Below are positions 25,138 through 27,100 of a DNA stretch of 27,100 nucleotides, in pieces. The notes beneath the pieces are model-generated. The model was not told the origin of the DNA and made no database searches. It saw only the letters and a program-made list of their open reading frames with translations. The position numbers and the translations under genes are program-made. This DNA comes from Catajapyx aquilonaris. Taxonomy: Eukaryota. Within the stretch, counting starts at the first letter, position 1. Each line of letters opens with the position of its first letter. Where the stretch lies: the NCBI GenBank assembly GCA_000934665.2, contig KZ538287.1, positions 62,001 to 89,100 on the forward strand, written 5' to 3'.

Positions 25138-25197
25138 CCGTTCTGCGCATGCGCAATGAGTGGATGCAGCGCCTCTGGTGGGTGGTAGGATGAACTA
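25138..25197. repeat. Dispersed 60-bp element, copy 2 (TGCGCATGCGCA palindrome plus CAGCGCCTCTGGTGG)
   Basis: It is identical at 50/60 positions to 19839-19898, and similarity stops abruptly after GAACTA. Confidence 0.85.
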
Positions 25198-25271
25198 TTC
25201 GTTCGCTCGTTACACTTAACAATATATTCTAAAGCTTCTTAACCATTTCAAGTAGGCTACTCGTGACATGT

Positions 25272-25328
25272 CGCCCTCTGTAAATCTCACAAACCACTCT
25301 GAACAAATCGCGTCTTATACAGAGGGCG
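25272..25328. repeat. Perfect 11-bp inverted repeat CGCCCTCTGTA / TACAGAGGGCG with a 35-bp spacer
   Basis: Arms are at 25272-25282 and 25318-25328, and each resembles the 3' half of a CTCF motif (CAGAGGGCG). Confidence 0.75.
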
Positions 25329-25994
25329 CTCGAATCGCACAAATCAGTCCTCTGGAGCAAGATTTCATTATTTTTAGCCCATCCATTTGAACAGGCTTCC
25401 CGTATATGAAATGGCCACGGCTGGTCTCGACTTCTTCTTCTTTACTTCTTCCCCTCAACCCAGAAGCAGATCCCAAAATGGATGAGAGGTGACCCTTGAA
25501 GGGAAAGAACCCCCATGTTAAATTAAGCGCCCTATCTTCCCCTTTCCCGGCCATTTTGTCTCGTGACGGACAAGAAAGGAGACCTGGAATGGAGGGACAC
25601 ACTTCGTCTCTCTTCCAAGACGTTTTGTGGCCAAGATCTTCTCCTCCCCCCCAAAAAAAGAAAAATAGAAAAGAAAAAAAATGGAAGAGGGGTGAGTCCG
25701 ATAGGATTCTTGTTCCATCCTCCGGAGTCCAATCTCGGCTGGCCAAGGGACATCGTAGGGCACAAAAAGGAGAGGCTTAAGACCAGACCAAACTATGTGG
25801 GGTGGTGCGGAAAACTTTTCCAATTCCCACCGGGGGATCGAGCTGCTTTGTGTCTATAGCACCACCAATTTCCACGGGGAGCTCCGGTTGGGTAATTGGC
25901 AGTTCAACATGGCCCAACGATTCAATGGACACCAGTTTTTTTATAAAAAAAAGTTGAGAAAAATTGGCAATTAACTGGAGAAGCTATGTCAAAA

Positions 25995-26930
25995 GGCAAA
26001 TTGGTTAACTATTACAACGATATCAATAATAGTTATACTGTACAATAATTTGTGGCATTCAACCCTTGAAGTATGCAACAAATCGGTTAACTATTACGTA
26101 TAGACCTATTGATAGTTTTCCATAACGTCCAACATATAGTTATCCAATATATTGCATATAAGTCCTTTCAGCGACACATTTGATAACTATTATGGATATT
26201 AACAGTTATACATAATATCTATAATTATTATTCAATTTATTGCGTATCAGGAAGGAGGCATATGTGCAACAAATTAGTTACCTATTACAGTCATACAGAC
26301 CTATTTATAGTTTTCAACAACAACATCCATAATAGTTGTCCATAATATCAATAATATGCTCTAAAAATATTGGAGTGAATATTGTACTCATAAACGAGAA
26401 CTTTCTGTGAAAATGCTCTTTTTTGAGTGATTTTAACTCCACAGAGAGTGGATTTAATTCAAATCGAGTTAGAAATTACTCTAAAAATTAGTGATAATGA
26501 GAGGCAGCCTGTTCTTTCTGTGAGTGAAACGTACCACTCTATTTGAGTGAAATGACTGGTCAGTTTGAGTGAAAATATTTCACTCGAAAAGACATGTAGA
26601 GGTGGATGAAAGAGTGCAAAATCACTGAAATTGAGTAGAAAACTACAAAATATTTACAGAGCACTGTAGTTATCCAAAATATTGCATAAGCTCCTTTCAG
26701 ACCTGCAGTAAGAGGCGTATGCAACGCATTTGATAACTATTATTGATGTTAACAGTTATCCATAATATCTATATAGTGATTCAATTTGATGCATACGCCC
26801 CTTTCAGCCCTGCAGTAATGTGGCTTATGCAACTGGATATTAAGACTAATCAGCCAATCTTAGATCAGATGCTCCATATATGCAGATCATATATCTACAA
26901 AACTGTGTTGCATACGCCCTATTGCGCTTC
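25995..26930. repeat. Degenerate tandem/direct repeat array with a long unit (~95-190 bp), interrupted by a MITE
   Basis: The block TAGTTATCCAA.ATATTGCATA..CCTTTCAG..CATTTGATAACTATTAT.GAT.TTAACAGTTAT.CATAATATCTATA recurs near 26137 and 26667. The block TGCAACAAAT..GTTA.CTATTAC..AGACCTATT.ATAGTTTTC recurs near 26074 and 26265. Confidence 0.8.
26357..26663. mobile_element. MITE-like non-autonomous DNA transposon (307 bp) with internal palindromic GAGTG...CACTC repeats
   Basis: The imperfect TIRs TGCTCTAAAAATATT / AATATTTACAGAGCA match at 13/15. About nine internal GAGT(G)-N7-10-ACTC-type units occur, e.g. GAGTGAAAATATTTCACTC. The element cleanly interrupts the flanking repeat array; the TSD is not resolved. 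Confidence 0.72.
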
Positions 26931-27100
26931 GAGCCACTCAATTATTCTACAATTTCGCACTTAGGCTTAGGGGCCTTCTTGGACGAACCGCTGCATAATG
27001 AAGCACTTTCTAAACCCTTAGCCTTGCTGCAAACCAAAACGTAGACAATTAATTACTATCCTGACATCTACATCTCAGCGCAGTTTTCAAGTCACGTCTC

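Noticed and set aside
577..26964. Remaining short ORFs of the six-frame track (60-153 aa)
   Set aside because: Most have non-ATG starts, overlap in several frames, derive from repeats or homopolymers, and show no transposase, RT or other domain motifs.

Overview
This is AT-rich eukaryotic, probably arthropod-type, genomic DNA. It is not prokaryotic: there are no operons, CRISPR arrays, rRNA or intact tRNA genes. The only convincing coding sequence is the first coding exon (minus strand, 15831-15492) of a type II membrane-anchored collagen of the MACIT family (collagen XIII/XXIII/XXV, col-99 and CG42342-like). It encodes a short cytoplasmic tail, a transmembrane helix, a coiled coil, a furin site and CxCPPG, and ends at a phase-1 GTAAG donor. 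It has a TATA-less Inr+DPE core promoter (predicted TSS 15919). Everything to its left appears to be an intron of more than 15 kb, and everything to its right is upstream sequence. The non-coding DNA holds a tRNA-derived V-domain SINE, a truncated retroposon 3' end, one or two MITEs and several minisatellites. It also holds a recurring motif pair (TGCGCATGCGCA next to a CTCF/YY1-like site) and alternating AT-rich and GC-richer blocks. The other ORFs in the track look spurious. I found no well-supported new biological system; the best leads are regulatory or repeat-architecture observations.
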